From Octopus vulgaris (taxonomy: Eukaryota): 64,000 nucleotides of DNA. This document shows, piece by piece, positions 41,793-55,548 of this stretch (position 1 is its first letter; each line of letters begins with the position of its first letter). The notes below the pieces were generated by a model. That model saw only the letters and a list, made by a program, of their open reading frames with translations, did no database searches and had not been told where the DNA came from. The stretch lies in NCBI GenBank assembly GCA_951406725.2, contig OX597815.1:46562001-46626000 (forward strand), given 5' to 3'. Made by a program: the position numbers and the translations under genes.

Positions 41793-42094
41793 TTGTCCCG
41801 CATTTTTTTAAAGCGTGGCAATTAAAATTCTTCAAGACGGTGCTCCAACATGGCTGAAACAAATTCACTCAAAAAGCGTTAGTCAGCCCGGGGCTATAGC
41901 AGAAGATACTTGCCCAAAGTGCAGCGCATGGTACTGAACCCAAAGCCACGTAGTTGCAAAACAAGTTTCTTAACCACACAGCCAATCTTGATTTTGGCAG
42001 AAATTATGGGAACTGTGTAGAAACCCATCGGATTGAGTGTGCCTGGAAGTCAAAGGCCGCAACTTGTTACATACAGTGTTACACTGATTCTGCC

Positions 42095-42412
42095 ACTGAA
42101 TGACCATGGGAATGCAAATAGAAATTCCTCTCCAAAGCACACGCCTGGGCAAAGTTGTTTGTGGAAGACCGGTAGTCGCCCATACATACCAGCCTTTCCT
42201 CTCCACGCCACCTATGTTATCGAAGAGAAAGGCATAAGCCGATACAGCTTGGAACAGGTGACGTCACAACCAATTTCTACAGCTGATTGAACTGGAGCAA
42301 CGTGAAATAAAGAGTCTTAGTAAAGAACACAACACGCAAGCCCGGCCCAGGAATCGTGCTCACAACATCATGATTGTGAGCGGACGCTCTAACCACTGAG
42401 CCATGCACCTTC
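42095..42412 (-). mobile_element. tRNA-derived SINE
   Basis: Paralogue of 26955-27297. Confidence 0.8.
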
Positions 42413-42920
42413 GTGCTTCTACAGTGTTGTTCAAATACATGGTACTGGTCACTCTGAGCTGTTCCTCTTAAATCATTTTTGCTTCTTATGCAAATTACCT
42501 AGACCGTAAATGCGTTCTATTCCCTTTTTATATAAGTTCAAATCCTTTGGCCAGTGAAGATAAAGCCAGACACTTGGTGTGCCGATGATCACTATTAAGT
42601 CAGACACACGTATCCACATTGTCCTCTTATTTCTTGACAGCAAACCCGTTCTTTTACTTAACAGCATTTCCATTCTGGAGAAAACTTAATCGTTGAAGTT
42701 ATTCTTTTATTCTTCTACTTGTCTGAGTAATTGGACTGTGGCTATGCTGGAGCACCGCCTTGGTGTATTTTAGACGAACTAATTGACCCCTGTACTAATT
42801 TAGAAACCTGATACTTATTTTATCGGCCTCTTTTGCCGAACCGCTATATTACGGAGGCATAGATACACAAACACTGATTGTCAGTCGGTGGTGGGCGACA
42901 AACACACACATATATATATA

Positions 42921-43630
42921 CAGGGGTTGGACAAAATAATGGAAACACCTAGCATCATAGCATCATCATTTTGAAATATCTATAAAACTGTCAAAAGCTT
43001 GTTTCTGTTTTTATTTATTTATTTATTATTAGTGTTGCTTAACTACCACCCAGTTTCCACAGAAACTGTTCGCCGGGAGCTGCACAAAGCCGGATTTCAC
43101 GGGAGAGCTGCAATTAGAAAATCATTACTTTCAAAAACAAATGTTGCAAAGCCTTTAGAGTGGAGTAAAAGCCTACAGAATTGGTTCCTAGAGCAGTAGA
43201 AGAATGTTATTTTCTCGGACGAGTCATCCTTTACCATATTTCCGACCGTCGGCCGAGTATACGTGTGGAAACAGCCAAAAGAAGCATTTGACCCAGACTG
43301 CCTTCTTCCAATTGTTAAGCATGGAGGATCTGTGATGATCGGGGAGGGGGCTATATCTTGGAAATTCACCAGCCCAATGGTTTCCCTTCATGGCAGAATT
43401 AATAGTCAAGACTATTTAAGCATTTTATCTGATCAAGTTCATCCTATGGTTGCAGAACTGTTTCTGGTGGGAAACGTAATCTTTCAAAATGATATTGCAC
43501 CAATCCACACAGCTAAAGTTGTTACTGAATGGCACGAGGAACATTCTAGTGAAGTTGAATATCTTATCTGGCCACCACAGTCCCCAGATCTCAATATTAT
43601 TGAACATTTATGGTGCATTTTAGAAAAACA
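42921..43630 (+). mobile_element. Tc1-like transposon, internally deleted and 3'-truncated
   Basis: TA followed by TIR caggggttggacaaaataatggaaacacc. Motifs VIFSDESSF, PIVKHGGSVM, FQNDIAPIH and WPPQSPDLNIIEHLW. Confidence 0.9.
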
Positions 43631-43699
43631 ATGTCACGCAGTGGGACTGAACTTGCAACCATATGGTTGGGAAGCAAGCTTCTTACCATACAGCCACGC

Positions 43700-43744
<45 letters not shown>

Positions 43745-44594
43745 GGTTTGTTTGCTCGTGTCCCCGTAACCTAGGGATTCGGCGAAAAGAGGCTGATAAA
43801 AGAAGCACCAGGTTTAAAAAGAAAAAAAAAAACATATACCGGGGTCGATTTGTTTCATGAAACCGTTCAAGGATGTGCTATAGCTTGGCCGCAGTCCATT
43901 GACTAAAACAAGTGAAGGATAAAAAAAAAATCACATATCGTTTTTGCAATACCAGCATTTGTCTACGCAACTCAAAAAAACAATTAACTTAGTTGATCGA
44001 GCAACTGAAGTCTCATCGTCGAAACCGACGGAGATCCGTTATTACAGACGGTATTTTATCACACTCTCTAATATGCTGTGGACAGACACTGAATCATTTA
44101 TCGTCATTCTTTTACTTATATTTTTTTTTTGCACCCTTCATTGCTGTCTCCTTAGTATAAACGCTTATTGCTTGTTCTTATCGGCATCTAATGCTTTAAG
44201 TGGGATCCTATTGACCACTTTAATGATTTTTATCTAGAGGTGAAATGTCTTAGCTTTGACTCCTACACACAGAAACTATACCCTCCTTCTTCCGCAACTG
44301 CTCTTTGCCTCTCTTCTTTTCTATTTTTTCACCTCACCACACAAACCGCTAACACACGCACGCATGCATTTACGCATACACATATTAGAACGCGCGCACA
44401 TACAGACTTCTCTTTCTGTCTGTCTGTCTCCCTCTCTTTCTCTCTCTCTCCCTCTGTGTCTCATTCACTCGCACACGCCTTGCTCATAAATGCCATAATC
44501 GATTTCTCATTACCATCACGGCTGGTTCAGTCCGTAAGCAAGCCGTTATCTCCTAGATCTGACCTATCCTCTTCACACACACATGCACACGCAG

Positions 44595-44677
<83 letters not shown>

Positions 44678-44982
44678 CATTCGCTACATTCGCTCACATA
44701 CACACACACGTGTAGTCCAACACACACACATGGCTATCTATGGCAAAGTCACAAAAAAGCAGGCAGATGAGTTCGCGAGCGCATTGCTATAGAGAAAAAA
44801 GCACGCACACATAAAGCGTACAAGCTCATGTGCACACATGCGTCATATTCACACATGCATACATACATACATACATACATACATACATACATACATACAT
44901 ACATACATACATGCATGCATGCATGCATACATACATACATACATACATACATACATTTATACATACATACATACATACATAC

Positions 44983-45013
<31 letters not shown>

Positions 45014-45109
45014 CATACATACATACATACATACATACATACATACACGCACACACACATGCGCATACACAGACTTTGCTTTTTATTTTGTATTCTGCAC
45101 AGTATAGTA

Positions 45110-45852
45110 GGGCCAGTTGGGTACCGTCTGTGAGAAAAACAGCATTATGACGTATTTCACTCTGCCAGAAATTTGGAGATGACATGTACTGCTTGATATT
45201 TGCGCCGGAAGTTCCAGTATGAACATTTCAGAGTATTTGGGCGTCAGTCTGAGGACGGTTCAATCTGTGGACATGTATTGAGAGTGATAAAAATCAAACC
45301 AGTCAACATCAGGGTGTTTGAAGTGATTACTGGTGATGGTGACGTTATACTTGCATTCATCTTCCCACACGGCATCACATTCAACACGGATTCCTACATC
45401 ATGTGCCTGGAGGAGGTAGTTGTTGCCCTGGGTCAAAAGGGTGGCTGCTGGAAGACTATGTCTGGCAACAGGCCTATGCACCATGCCACACGAGCAGGGG
45501 AATCCAGTCATGGCTGTCAGACAATTTCTGCCACTACATCATCTACCTCCCCTTTGATTATTATGTTGAGAGACCAACAAAACTCCTTGTAACACCAAAG
45601 ATGAACTGAAGCAAGGATTATGGTAGCATCCACCAACTTAAATAAGGAAACTGTTCAGAAGAGTTGCAGGAGATTCCAAAGTGGTCTAGAGGTCGTGGTT
45701 GAAGCCAATGGCGATTTTATTGAATAAATTTACTCTTTAGTATTTCAAGATATTTTGATGTAACTTTGGTAAATATATCTGCTAAAATGAGATGTCAGTG
45801 TTATTTTCATTTTTGCATAATTTAGACGACAATATATTCACCGCACTCTGTA
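45110..45852 (+). mobile_element. decayed Tc1-like transposon
   Basis: Encodes VFEVITGDGDVILAFIFPHG and YVWQQAYAPCHTSRGIQSWLSDNF. It ends ..ttcaccgcactctg-TA. Confidence 0.7.
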
Positions 45853-45887
45853 TATACGATGGGCTTCTTTTTGTTTCCGTCTACCAA

Positions 45888-45972
<85 letters not shown>

Positions 45973-45974
45973 CA

Positions 45975-46013
<39 letters not shown>

Positions 46014-46301
46014 TATTTTTCGTTGCTGTGAAACACCAGGACGAACCTGACCTATCAGACGTATGGCCTGTATAGAATCGGGATTGGTTCAACGTTTACT
46101 ATATTTCTGCTCATATATCGACCATACTGCATACTCCGACATGAAAGAGCTTATAGTATGGATGTTCAATGTTGCACAATCATACTGTATGGTCTGATAT
46201 GATGATAGGGGATGCAGGATTGCAGTCTGGACATGCTGTGCATTTTTCACAATCTAGTCGAATTATGTTGGTAGTGTCATTGGTGTTATTTAGCTCTAGG
46301 T

Positions 46302-46635
46302 CAGGGGTTTTCAACCATTTTTTACCTATAGACCCCTTTGATGCTTATTTTACTCCACTGGACCCCCATAGCCATTTGATGTTTAAAAAAATCCAATGGT
46401 ATTTGTATAATTAGATATTATTAGGACTTGTATAAAAATTGTTAAAATATTTTGTGTACAGTGGACGTATAACTAGTTTATTGCACATAAATGTTAGTGG
46501 CCTGAAGTAAAATGTTTTCATGGCCCCTGAAAAATTACCGTGGGCCCACAATTGACTATACTGCATCCGCGGACCCCACCACCAAATCTTATATGGACTC
46601 CTAGGGTCCATATGGCCCCTAGTTAAGAAACCCTA
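46302..46635. mobile_element. hAT MITE with 8-bp TSD
   Basis: TIRs caggggttttcaacc / agttaagaaacccta, with a perfect TSD ctctaggt at 46294-46301 and 46636-46643. Confidence 0.88.
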
Positions 46636-48680
46636 CTCTAGGTTATTCCTGATGGAGCAGACTTTTAAATTATGCCTTTAAAACGATCACCAACCGTCTG
46701 GTCTTATTCTAAAACGGTGTGATGCGATTTGTGGGATATTTAGTTGCTATTTCTAGCATATCGAGTGACCAGCAAAAAGCTTCCTCGTTGGCTCGAATAT
46801 ACTATACACCTGTAAATTCTGGTGGTGGTCAGAACGGATGCAGACAATCGGTAGTTGAACACCTCAGCAAAAGTGCTTTCAAGTAGATACAGTAAATCAC
46901 CTTTTTTCCTCCTCATTGCCACCATTGTGTGTGTGAAAGAGTGAGAGAAAGGAGGAAGGAAGCGACGAAAAGAAAGAGGAGCATGAAAGAAACGAAGAGG
47001 AAATATATGTATATATGCGTGTATGTGTGTGTGAGTTTGGGAGTGAATGAAAACTACTAGTTGAATGAATGCGTGCGCGAGAACGTGTGAGCTACTGTTC
47101 GTATGTGTGTTTGTATAAGTTATCGCCGTGTGTGTGTGTGTGCGAGTGAGTATTTATGAGGAATGCTGTAGTGTGTTAAAAGACGTACTTGGGAGCTATA
47201 ATTGGGATTTGGTTGATGCCATTGACAGGTTTATGAATGAACTGACCTCATTAGGCTAGGATCTCCACAGTAACGTATATTGACCACATCGGCTTTTGTT
47301 GACCAAAGCTGTTTAAGTCGATCGCCCGGTCAAATCCCTCACTGACCAGCTAAGCATGCATGCTACTTAAGTTAAGCCAGTCAGTATAGTTCAGCTGAAG
47401 GGTCAGTGAAGATGACAACTGGATGGTGTTCTGAGGAGAACTCGATTTGACAGGCTTTCAACAAAACCGTTTTCTGCAAGATAATTTGTGTAGAAGGAGA
47501 ATTGCAACGATGTCACAAAATCTCATTTCCCACTTGATTCAATATAATGAATCAATTACTTTTGACAGACAACCAACCGTTGGTATTGCGATTAAAAAGT
47601 CTCCATTGATCTCAACTGCATTTTTGGTCCTGTGTTCGAATTCCTTTGCAAACGTGACAAACCGTTTCTTTGTCACCGGTCATATCAACAATAAATTTAT
47701 GTAATTGACGTATGTGAACACATTGCAAGTGAAGCTGTGTGGTGAGAATTTTGCTTCCCAACTACATGGTTTCAGGTTCAGACCCACTGCGTGTGTGTTA
47801 AGCAAGCATCTTCTACTGTATCCCTGAAGGGTTTTAATCGAATAAATCGACCCCAGGATTTTTCAAAGCTTGGCACTTATTTTATCGAACCGCTAAGACG
47901 GAGCACATGTTGAAAATCATCAATAAAGTTTTGACATAAGATTTATAAATCTATTTGTTTTGGTATCATAATTAAGTAATAAACATAAAATTCTGGCTGT
48001 CTTTTTTTTTAATCTTGCCTGATTTCATTGAAATAGCGTTGGTGGAGGACACACACACACATATATATATATATAAGGAAAAGAGATGACAGGAAAAACA
48101 ATGGTTATGTTATGGACTTCATTAATTTACAGCTTTTTCTGCTATAAGTTGCAGTGGACTCGTAGTTAAGTGCCTGAATAACATCCCACAGCTTCCTCGG
48201 AGCTGTTCTGGAACATACATATGTCGAATTCTACACTACATTATTAGTCTCGCAATACTTGAGCGATATATACGACAAGCTTCTTTCAGTTTCCGTCTAC
48301 CAAGTCCAGCCACAAAGCTTTGAACGCCTGAGGCTATAGTAGAAAACATTTACCCACGAGCCAAGTGGTTGGGAAGCAAGCTTCTTAACACATAGCCACG
48401 CCTTTTTAAGAATTTTTAATGACGAAACGCTTGTGGTCCTGAGATACCTGCAGAAGATACAGGAGGGTTTCCAATATTGCGACAACTTTAGATCACCATC
48501 AGAAAAGCTTGTAATATCTTTAAGCAGCTTCTACAGTTTCTGCGTGAAGCAAAGCATATCTGATATTTATTTCACCTATATAGAAACACACACACAGATA
48601 TAAACACTTATGTTCATATGCCGGCATTTTATCAACGATTGATCTCCTCTCTCTGACTGCCGACAAAGACAATGCTTATA

Positions 48681-49530
48681 TAGGTGTCCCAGAATTAATC
48701 TATTTCAATGAAATCGGGAAAAATAAAAAAAATAAAATAAAAAAGACAGCCAAAATTTTATGTATATTACTTATGATACCAAAACGAATAGATTTATAAA
48801 TCTTATGTCAAAACTTTATTGAAGATTTTCAACATGTGCTCCGTCTATATCTCTGCAAATTTCAAATTTATGCTTTGCGTTGCGAACACATTTTGAAGCA
48901 TTTCATGAGTTATTTCCTGCAATACTAACAGAATGCATTCTTTAAGTTCAGCTAAACTATTGTTCGTGGAGGCGCAATGACCCAGTGGTTAGTGCAGCGG
49001 ACTCGCGGTTTCGATTCCCAGACCGGGCGTTGTGTGTGTTTATTGAGCGATAACACCTAAAGCTCCACGAGACTCCGGCAGGAGATGGTGGTGACCCCTG
49101 TTGTACTCTTTCACCCCAACTTTCTCTCACTCACTCTTCCTGTTTCTTGAGTAACGCTGCGATGGACTGGCGTTCCGTCCAGCTGGGCGGGGGAGGGAAC
49201 ACATACGCCACAGAAACCGGGAAACTGGGCCCATGAGCCTGGCTAGGCTTGAAAAGTGCGCATAAATAAATAAAAAAAAACTATTGCTCATTCTTGGGGA
49301 TGAAAATAGAAAAAAATGATTGCAGCCAGACTGAATAAAAGCTGTCGTGAACAGATAAGAGGGATCCAACAGGAATGAAAATAAAATTGTTAAAAATTGT
49401 ATAAAAATAAAATTTTAAAAAAAATCAAAAATGTAAACACTTTTAATACTTATTAAACGTGATAGAAGCGAGTTTTTAAAAAAAAAAGTCCGATTTCACT
49501 GTAATAAATAGTTAATTCTAGGACACCCTG
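48681..49530 (-). mobile_element. Tc1/mariner deletion derivative with nested SINE
   Basis: TIRs ggtgtcccagaattaatctattt / aaatagttaattctaggacaccctg, with TA flanks. Confidence 0.7.
48966..49280 (+). mobile_element. tRNA-derived SINE with ~12-bp TSD
   Basis: Paralogue of 28374-28679. It has an A-rich tail and is flanked by aaactattgttc / aaactattgctc. Confidence 0.88.
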
Positions 49531-49679
49531 TATATACACTCACCATTACTAAGGACTGAGTAAATAGGCTATACTAGTTTGCATACATAATGCATTTCTG
49601 ATAGTTTTATGATTATTAAAAAAAGGTGTGTCGCAGTGCTTTGCGTCAATTCTGTTCTGAAGCTATAAGTTATATGCAT

Positions 49680-50460
49680 CTGCTAGTCTGTCGGGAGTGG
49701 GCAGTAGAATAGCTATGATGTTTCGGAACAGTGTTGGATTTGGGGATACAGATCACATCTTGGACCCGGAGAGTAAGTCAAGTGAGACTGGATGCGACCA
49801 GCAGCGTAGGCTAAATTTTCAGATACATAGCCGTGGAACGACCAGATTTCTTCAGAGTCTGGAGGCCTTTCCTTTAGTGATTGTGAGTGATTGGAACGGC
49901 ATCTTGGATTGTGTGGAGCTAGTCGACAGAAGAGGCGGTACAAAAGACGCGCAAACCTGCTCAAATGTTTCTAGCTGTCTGAATTTCCCAGATGCACCAC
50001 AGTGCACTTAGCAAAGGCATCGCAACTGATGTGCTTGCAACGAAACTGGACCTTGCACAATTCTTCAACGCGAATCATGAAGGCTGCGTTAGAGCGAAAG
50101 TGCATATATTCTAAGCCCAGGAAGGAATGAAAGCCGTTTAATGATGATGGACCCGAATGCAAATGTACAATGAAATTGTAAAAATACAACTAGATGCTTT
50201 GGCAGTCTACGACGAACGCGTGGTACTTATTTCCAAAGGGATGCGTGCGGCTTTCAAGCAGCACTTTACTCAACTGTTCGTGAGTGGTGGGACTATACCG
50301 CAGGGGAGGCTTCAGTGCCTGTCTTGACTTTCAGTATAAGTGTCGGGGTGTTGCGTAAAGCTAACAGCAACTACTGAAATAAGGAAAACCATGTCTGGCT
50401 ACACGAAGGGCAAATCACCTGGCTTAGATGTTCTTCCCTACTAACTTTACACTAACACGT
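49680..50460 (+). pseudogene. decayed L1/Tx1-type LINE ORF2 (APE endonuclease to RT start)
   Basis: Encodes LVIVSDWNGILD (GDxN-like motif) and GKSPGLDVLPY (KSPGxDG motif), with deletions and stops. Confidence 0.65.
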
Positions 50461-51405
50461 TGGATCTACCTGATAAGAATTGAGTGCTGTACAAGCACTT
50501 GGTTGGAGCTTATTTTCAGCTGAGTAGATTGAAACGAAGTGCTCTGATCAAGGACACATGGCACTGTCTGGTCCAGAAATCAACCCCATGATCTTTTATG
50601 AGCCTGAGTTCAATAACCAGACCACTAGACCAAGAAATTACCAAATACTGACTCAATATAATCTCCAGGCTCTTCTCCCTAACTTCCTGGTTTTGAGAAA
50701 TCGATATTATATTAGGATGGGCGTAGGATCTAATCGATTATTCCTCTTCTATGAATTTATGAGAAATCAATATTATCCTGTATTATTTATGATTCACAGT
50801 CTGACGTGGTTGATGCTGGAATCATAACCGCAACAGAATAACATACCTCTCGGAATTTAGTTATATCCCGAGTGCGAATATAACATCAAGGGGTCAACTT
50901 GCTCTTTAATTTTATTATTTTGGGTTTAGATACAATACGGGCCAATCAAATATGATACTGCTGGTGTTAGGGCGGGATTTGAGCGAGCATAAATAAATAT
51001 TGTGTGATGTTCATGCTTTTCCATAAGGAAATTAACAGCAATAAAAATGAAATGAAAAGATACGGCTCCCTCCGGGAATCAAAAAGATTTCATACACGAA
51101 GTCTGCTTTACTTGGAGTTTATCGTTCTCTTTTATTTTCGTTATTGGCTTCCATATAATTTCAATACCGGATACAAATGTCAGCCATGCGTTTTTCTTTT
51201 TCTTTCTGGCAATCACACTCACGCGCTATTTTTTCTTCTCCAACGGCTTGACTCAAACTCAGTCACTCCCTCATTTTGCCATCCGATCTTGTCCAATTCT
51301 TAATTACTTTTCCAGTGTTTTAAAATATATCGTTCACTCCTCTTACTAAAAAGTAAATTTTGAAACTGCTATGTTTGAACATATGTATAATATATATAAT
51401 AGATA

Positions 51406-51722
51406 GGCGTGGCCGTGTGGTTAAGAAGCTTGCTTCTCAACCGCATGGTTCCGGGTTCAGTCTTACTTCTTGGTACTTTGAGGAAGTGTCTGCTACTATA
51501 AACATGGGTCAACCAAGGCCTTGTGAGTGGATTTGGTAGATGGAGACTGAAAGTAGCCCATCGTAAATGTCTTTTTCTGTTTTTGTTTCTCAACACCACT
51601 TGACAACCAGTGCTAGTGTGTTTACGTCCCCGTAATTTAGCAGTTCGACAAGAAATCGATGGAATAAGCACCAGGTAAAAAAAAGTACTGGGGTCGATCA
51701 AGGCAGTGCCCCAGTATGGCCA
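51406..51722 (+). mobile_element. SINE (ggcgtggctgtgtggt family)
   Basis: Head ggcgtggccgtgtggttaagaagc..gggttcagtc. Same family as 24366-24745, 52634-53000 and 58857-59212. Confidence 0.8.
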
Positions 51723-51831
51723 AAAAGAAAAAAAATCATATGCACACAAGGTTGGATATTCCTACATCATACATACATACGGGTATACGCATTGTATACA
51801 CACACACACAAACACTATCTCTCTCTCTCTC

Positions 51832-51867
<36 letters not shown>

Positions 51868-51968
51868 CATACATAATATATATATACATACATAATATAT
51901 ATATACACATACATAATATATATATACACATACATAATATACTTTATTTAAAGCAGCAGAAAATTCAA

Positions 51969-52018
51969 CAAAATCTGTTACTCTGAGTTTCTCGTTGCCG
52001 TTCATCAGACAGTTTTTG
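51969..52018 (-). ncRNA. type I hammerhead ribozyme motif, canonical core
   Basis: Minus strand reads CAAAAACTGT-CTGATGA-ACG-GCAA-CGA-GAAA-CTC-A-GAG-TA-ACAGATTTTG. Stem I has 9/10 pairs, loop II is GNRA and the site is GUA. It lies in a ~95-bp insert between TA-rich tracts. Confidence 0.8.
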
Positions 52019-52032
52019 CTGTTTACTCCGGT

Positions 52033-52074
<42 letters not shown>

Positions 52075-52788
52075 GTATGTATACATACATAATATATACA
52101 TATATAATATATAAATATATATATCATATGTACATACATAATATATATATGTACATACATAGCAATTAATCTTACAACCCAAAGACATTTTGATGCTAAT
52201 GTTAAAGCAAGCAAGCAATCCCTAAAACTTTTGCCCCTCAACACCACCATTACCAGTCTCGTTTATTTTCAGGGGCTTACTGTTCGTCAGTTTTGATGGC
52301 GCCCTCTTGTGACGACCCAATGACCGGATGGAGCCGAGAGTGATCAGAAACAAAATATTTATCCCAGTAGGTGAACCTGACAGTCGAATAAGCATAAAGA
52401 AAACAAAGGGGAATTATCAACTACTAATTGTGAACGTGGATAGTGTTTACAGCACAGTTTATCCAGTTGGTCTAATAAATTTCTTTCAAATGGCTTTGTT
52501 TACATTTAACCATATTCTTTTCTTCCTTTCAAAGTTGTTCTTTCATTCACACATATACAGACATGGAGTAGTTCTTTATTACTACAGCTTATCAAGCAGG
52601 ATGTGTTTGTTGAATTTTAATACAAAGGGTCTTACTCTTTTACTTGTTTCAGTCATTTGACTGTGGCCATGCTGGAGCACCGCCTTTAGTCGAGTAAATC
52701 GACCCCAGGACTTTTTTCTTTGTAAGTCTAGTACTTATTCTAGCGGTCTACTTATTCTAACAAGTCTTTTACGTTTCGAGCCTATACA

Positions 52789-52822
<34 letters not shown>

Positions 52823-54369
52823 CATCATCGTTTAACGTCCGTACGACGAGCTTCTTTCAGTTTCCGTCTACCAAATCCACTCTCAAGGCTTTGGCCGGCT
52901 CGAGGCTATAGTAGAAGACACTTGCCCAAGGTGCCACGCAGTGGGACTGAACCCGGAACCATGTGGTTCATAAGGAAGATACTTACCACACAACCAGTCC
53001 TACACGTCTTGTTAAATTTCTTCCGACCGCATCAAATATTTTAAATTTTCACCAGACTCTTTTAAAAAATGACACTGACGTAACTTCTTTTGTATTCATT
53101 TCTGGGAAAATGAATGCAATTTTCGTCATCTGCATGCGAAACTAAATTGGTTTCGAAAATAATCAAGTAAAATATTGAAATACTTCAAGTGGTTAGAAGA
53201 AATTTAACAAGATACCCAAGACAAATATTATTGCTGCTTAGTTTCAGGTCTCCTCGGACAGAGTTGATCTCTGATCCAATATGGATGCCTCAATTTTTCT
53301 CCCAGGTACAGTGCACATAATGCATGATCTAATCTTTTAGTTAAGATGGTAAAGTTTGATTTAAGGATTTGACTGTTATTTCTAGTAGGGATGGAAAACG
53401 ACTACGCAGAGGCTTTCTCATTGGTTCATGTAAACACCTAATTACTATTTGCTTGTTCTAATTTTTCAATGAATGCTGATTTTAATAATTGCGCTTTCAA
53501 CTCGGCACCCTGTTGTGCCTGCCATTCCATGGACCTCAATCATAGCAATAATAATCGCTTTTCTTTAGAACTGATATTCTCCTTGCTGTCCACCCTCTCC
53601 ACCATCATGACCTTGACCTGTCATGATTGAGAGGAGCAGTAATTTTATATTCAATACTACAGATGCTGGCACATGTGTTGGACAGACAGAAACGCGATAA
53701 AATTATCCAGTAAGGATTACAGAAGTACTTAAGCAATTATATATACTACGGAAGGTTGGTGTGTGTATGTAGGAAGCTGCGATAGTGGAGGAGAGGTAAA
53801 TTTATTACTTCGTATGTTTAAGGAGTTAAGATGACGGCAGAGCGTATTATTCGGTTTATATGAGAGAGAGTGAGAGAATCGCAAAATAAATTTATCATAG
53901 TGTGTATGGAGTTATTGGACTCTGACCAGGCCTGATTAAGCAGACTTAAAGATCAACGGCACTCTAATCGCGATCATTCCGTTTTGTTATGTGTAGAGAG
54001 AACTCAGGCCTACCAGTATCCATCTAATCTTTTATTTTATTAAATTTGAGGAAGATTTCGTTGCTGTTTCTACCAGGCCGGAATATATCGTAGATATTCT
54101 CTTGTTGACTCGTGTACAAGAGATCAACCTTCTTTTCAGTTGCAGTACACTTATATTCTTTTCCAAATTCGGCAGCAAACCTGAACTAAAAATATAACTG
54201 AAAGCATAGGGGAAAAATCATATTCAGGTTACACTGCGGCGCATCTAGCATCGTCTCGTGGCACACCAGTGTGCCGCGGCATACCGATAGCGGAGTATTG
54301 TGTTAAAGAACTGCTTTCTTTTCATATTTAAGCAGTGTGTGGTTGGGGGCATAATTGTGGACTATATAT

Positions 54370-54945
54370 ATGGTTGCCCGGAAAGTTCGTGCCGATTTAT
54401 AGTAGCTTACCTTCCGACTTATTTTAGAACATGGTTGAGTCCAAAAAATAGGATTTAACTTCACCTCCATTTAGATCACAGTTTAAGCTATCTTTTCATG
54501 GAAGAAGGTTTATGTTCCTATAACCTGTGTTAATTCTGTAACACTTTAAAAGGGAAGATAAGAAAGTTCCTTTTCGGCACTTGATGCTTTGGGAACCAGA
54601 CAAAAACTGCTGCAGCTCGGCTGGGATGTGTTACCCCACCCTCCATATTCACCAGATATTGTTCCTTCAGATTTCCACTTATTCAGGTCTCTGCAGAATA
54701 GTCTTAATGATAAACATTTCAATTCCTTGGATGACGTAAAAAGATACCTTGATGAATTCTTTGCCATGAAACCACCTCAATTCTGGGAAGAGGGTAATTT
54801 CAAGTTAAAGGAAAGATGGAGACGCATTGTGCAACAAAATGGTTCATATTTGGTCGATTAAAAATGTAATGGCAAGGTCAATAAAGTGTTTATTGACCTT
54901 TTTCTTTCCTTTTAAAATCGGCACGAACTTTCCGGACAACCCAAT
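54370..54945 (+). mobile_element. mariner element, internally deleted
   Basis: TIRs ggttgcccggaaagttcgtgccgattt / aaatcggcacgaactttccggacaacc, with TA flanks. Encodes LGWDVLPHPPYSPDIVPSDFHLFRSLQN. Confidence 0.93.
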
Positions 54946-55548
54946 ATAATGTTATGAGCTTGAAAGAAATCAGTATTGCATTTGTGCAAAATCATAATTA
55001 CAGTACGGAAGCTATAATAATCTGCTTGTCATAACATGTGTTAGAGTGTTGCGCATTACGTAACCTTATCTTTAGAAAGAAATCGAAGACATATTGACAG
55101 TCTTAACAGAAATGAAAGGAGTAGAAGTGTTTGACCAATTAATAAATGAAAAAACAAAAAGAGACAAAAACTCTTTCAAGAAAAATAAAGCAAACAAGTC
55201 AATATATATAATTACTTTGTTTTTATCGTCATTAATTATTATTATTATTATAATTATTATTATTATTTACTTACAGAGTTCTAGTTGAAGTGATTTTTAT
55301 ACAGAAATTTACAGTTAATGACACAAGATATCTCACAGAAACAAATATATACAAAAAAAAAGAACAAAACAAAACAAAACATAAAAGACTGCAGTAAAAT
55401 ATGTTGTGTCATGCAAATTTATATAATTTTGTGTTGATTTTTGATTCATTTACAAAGTTCTTTTATCTAACGTGAAAACGTTGAATAAATGTTTCTTTTC
55501 ATCTCCCACTCGTTAAAATCCATATTTCTTTCTGTTATTTTTTTTCTT

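Noticed and set aside
52255-52300. Hammerhead-like CTGACGA..GAAA on minus strand
   Set aside because: Stem II is only 2-3 bp, and there is no stem III/UH or stem I pairing.
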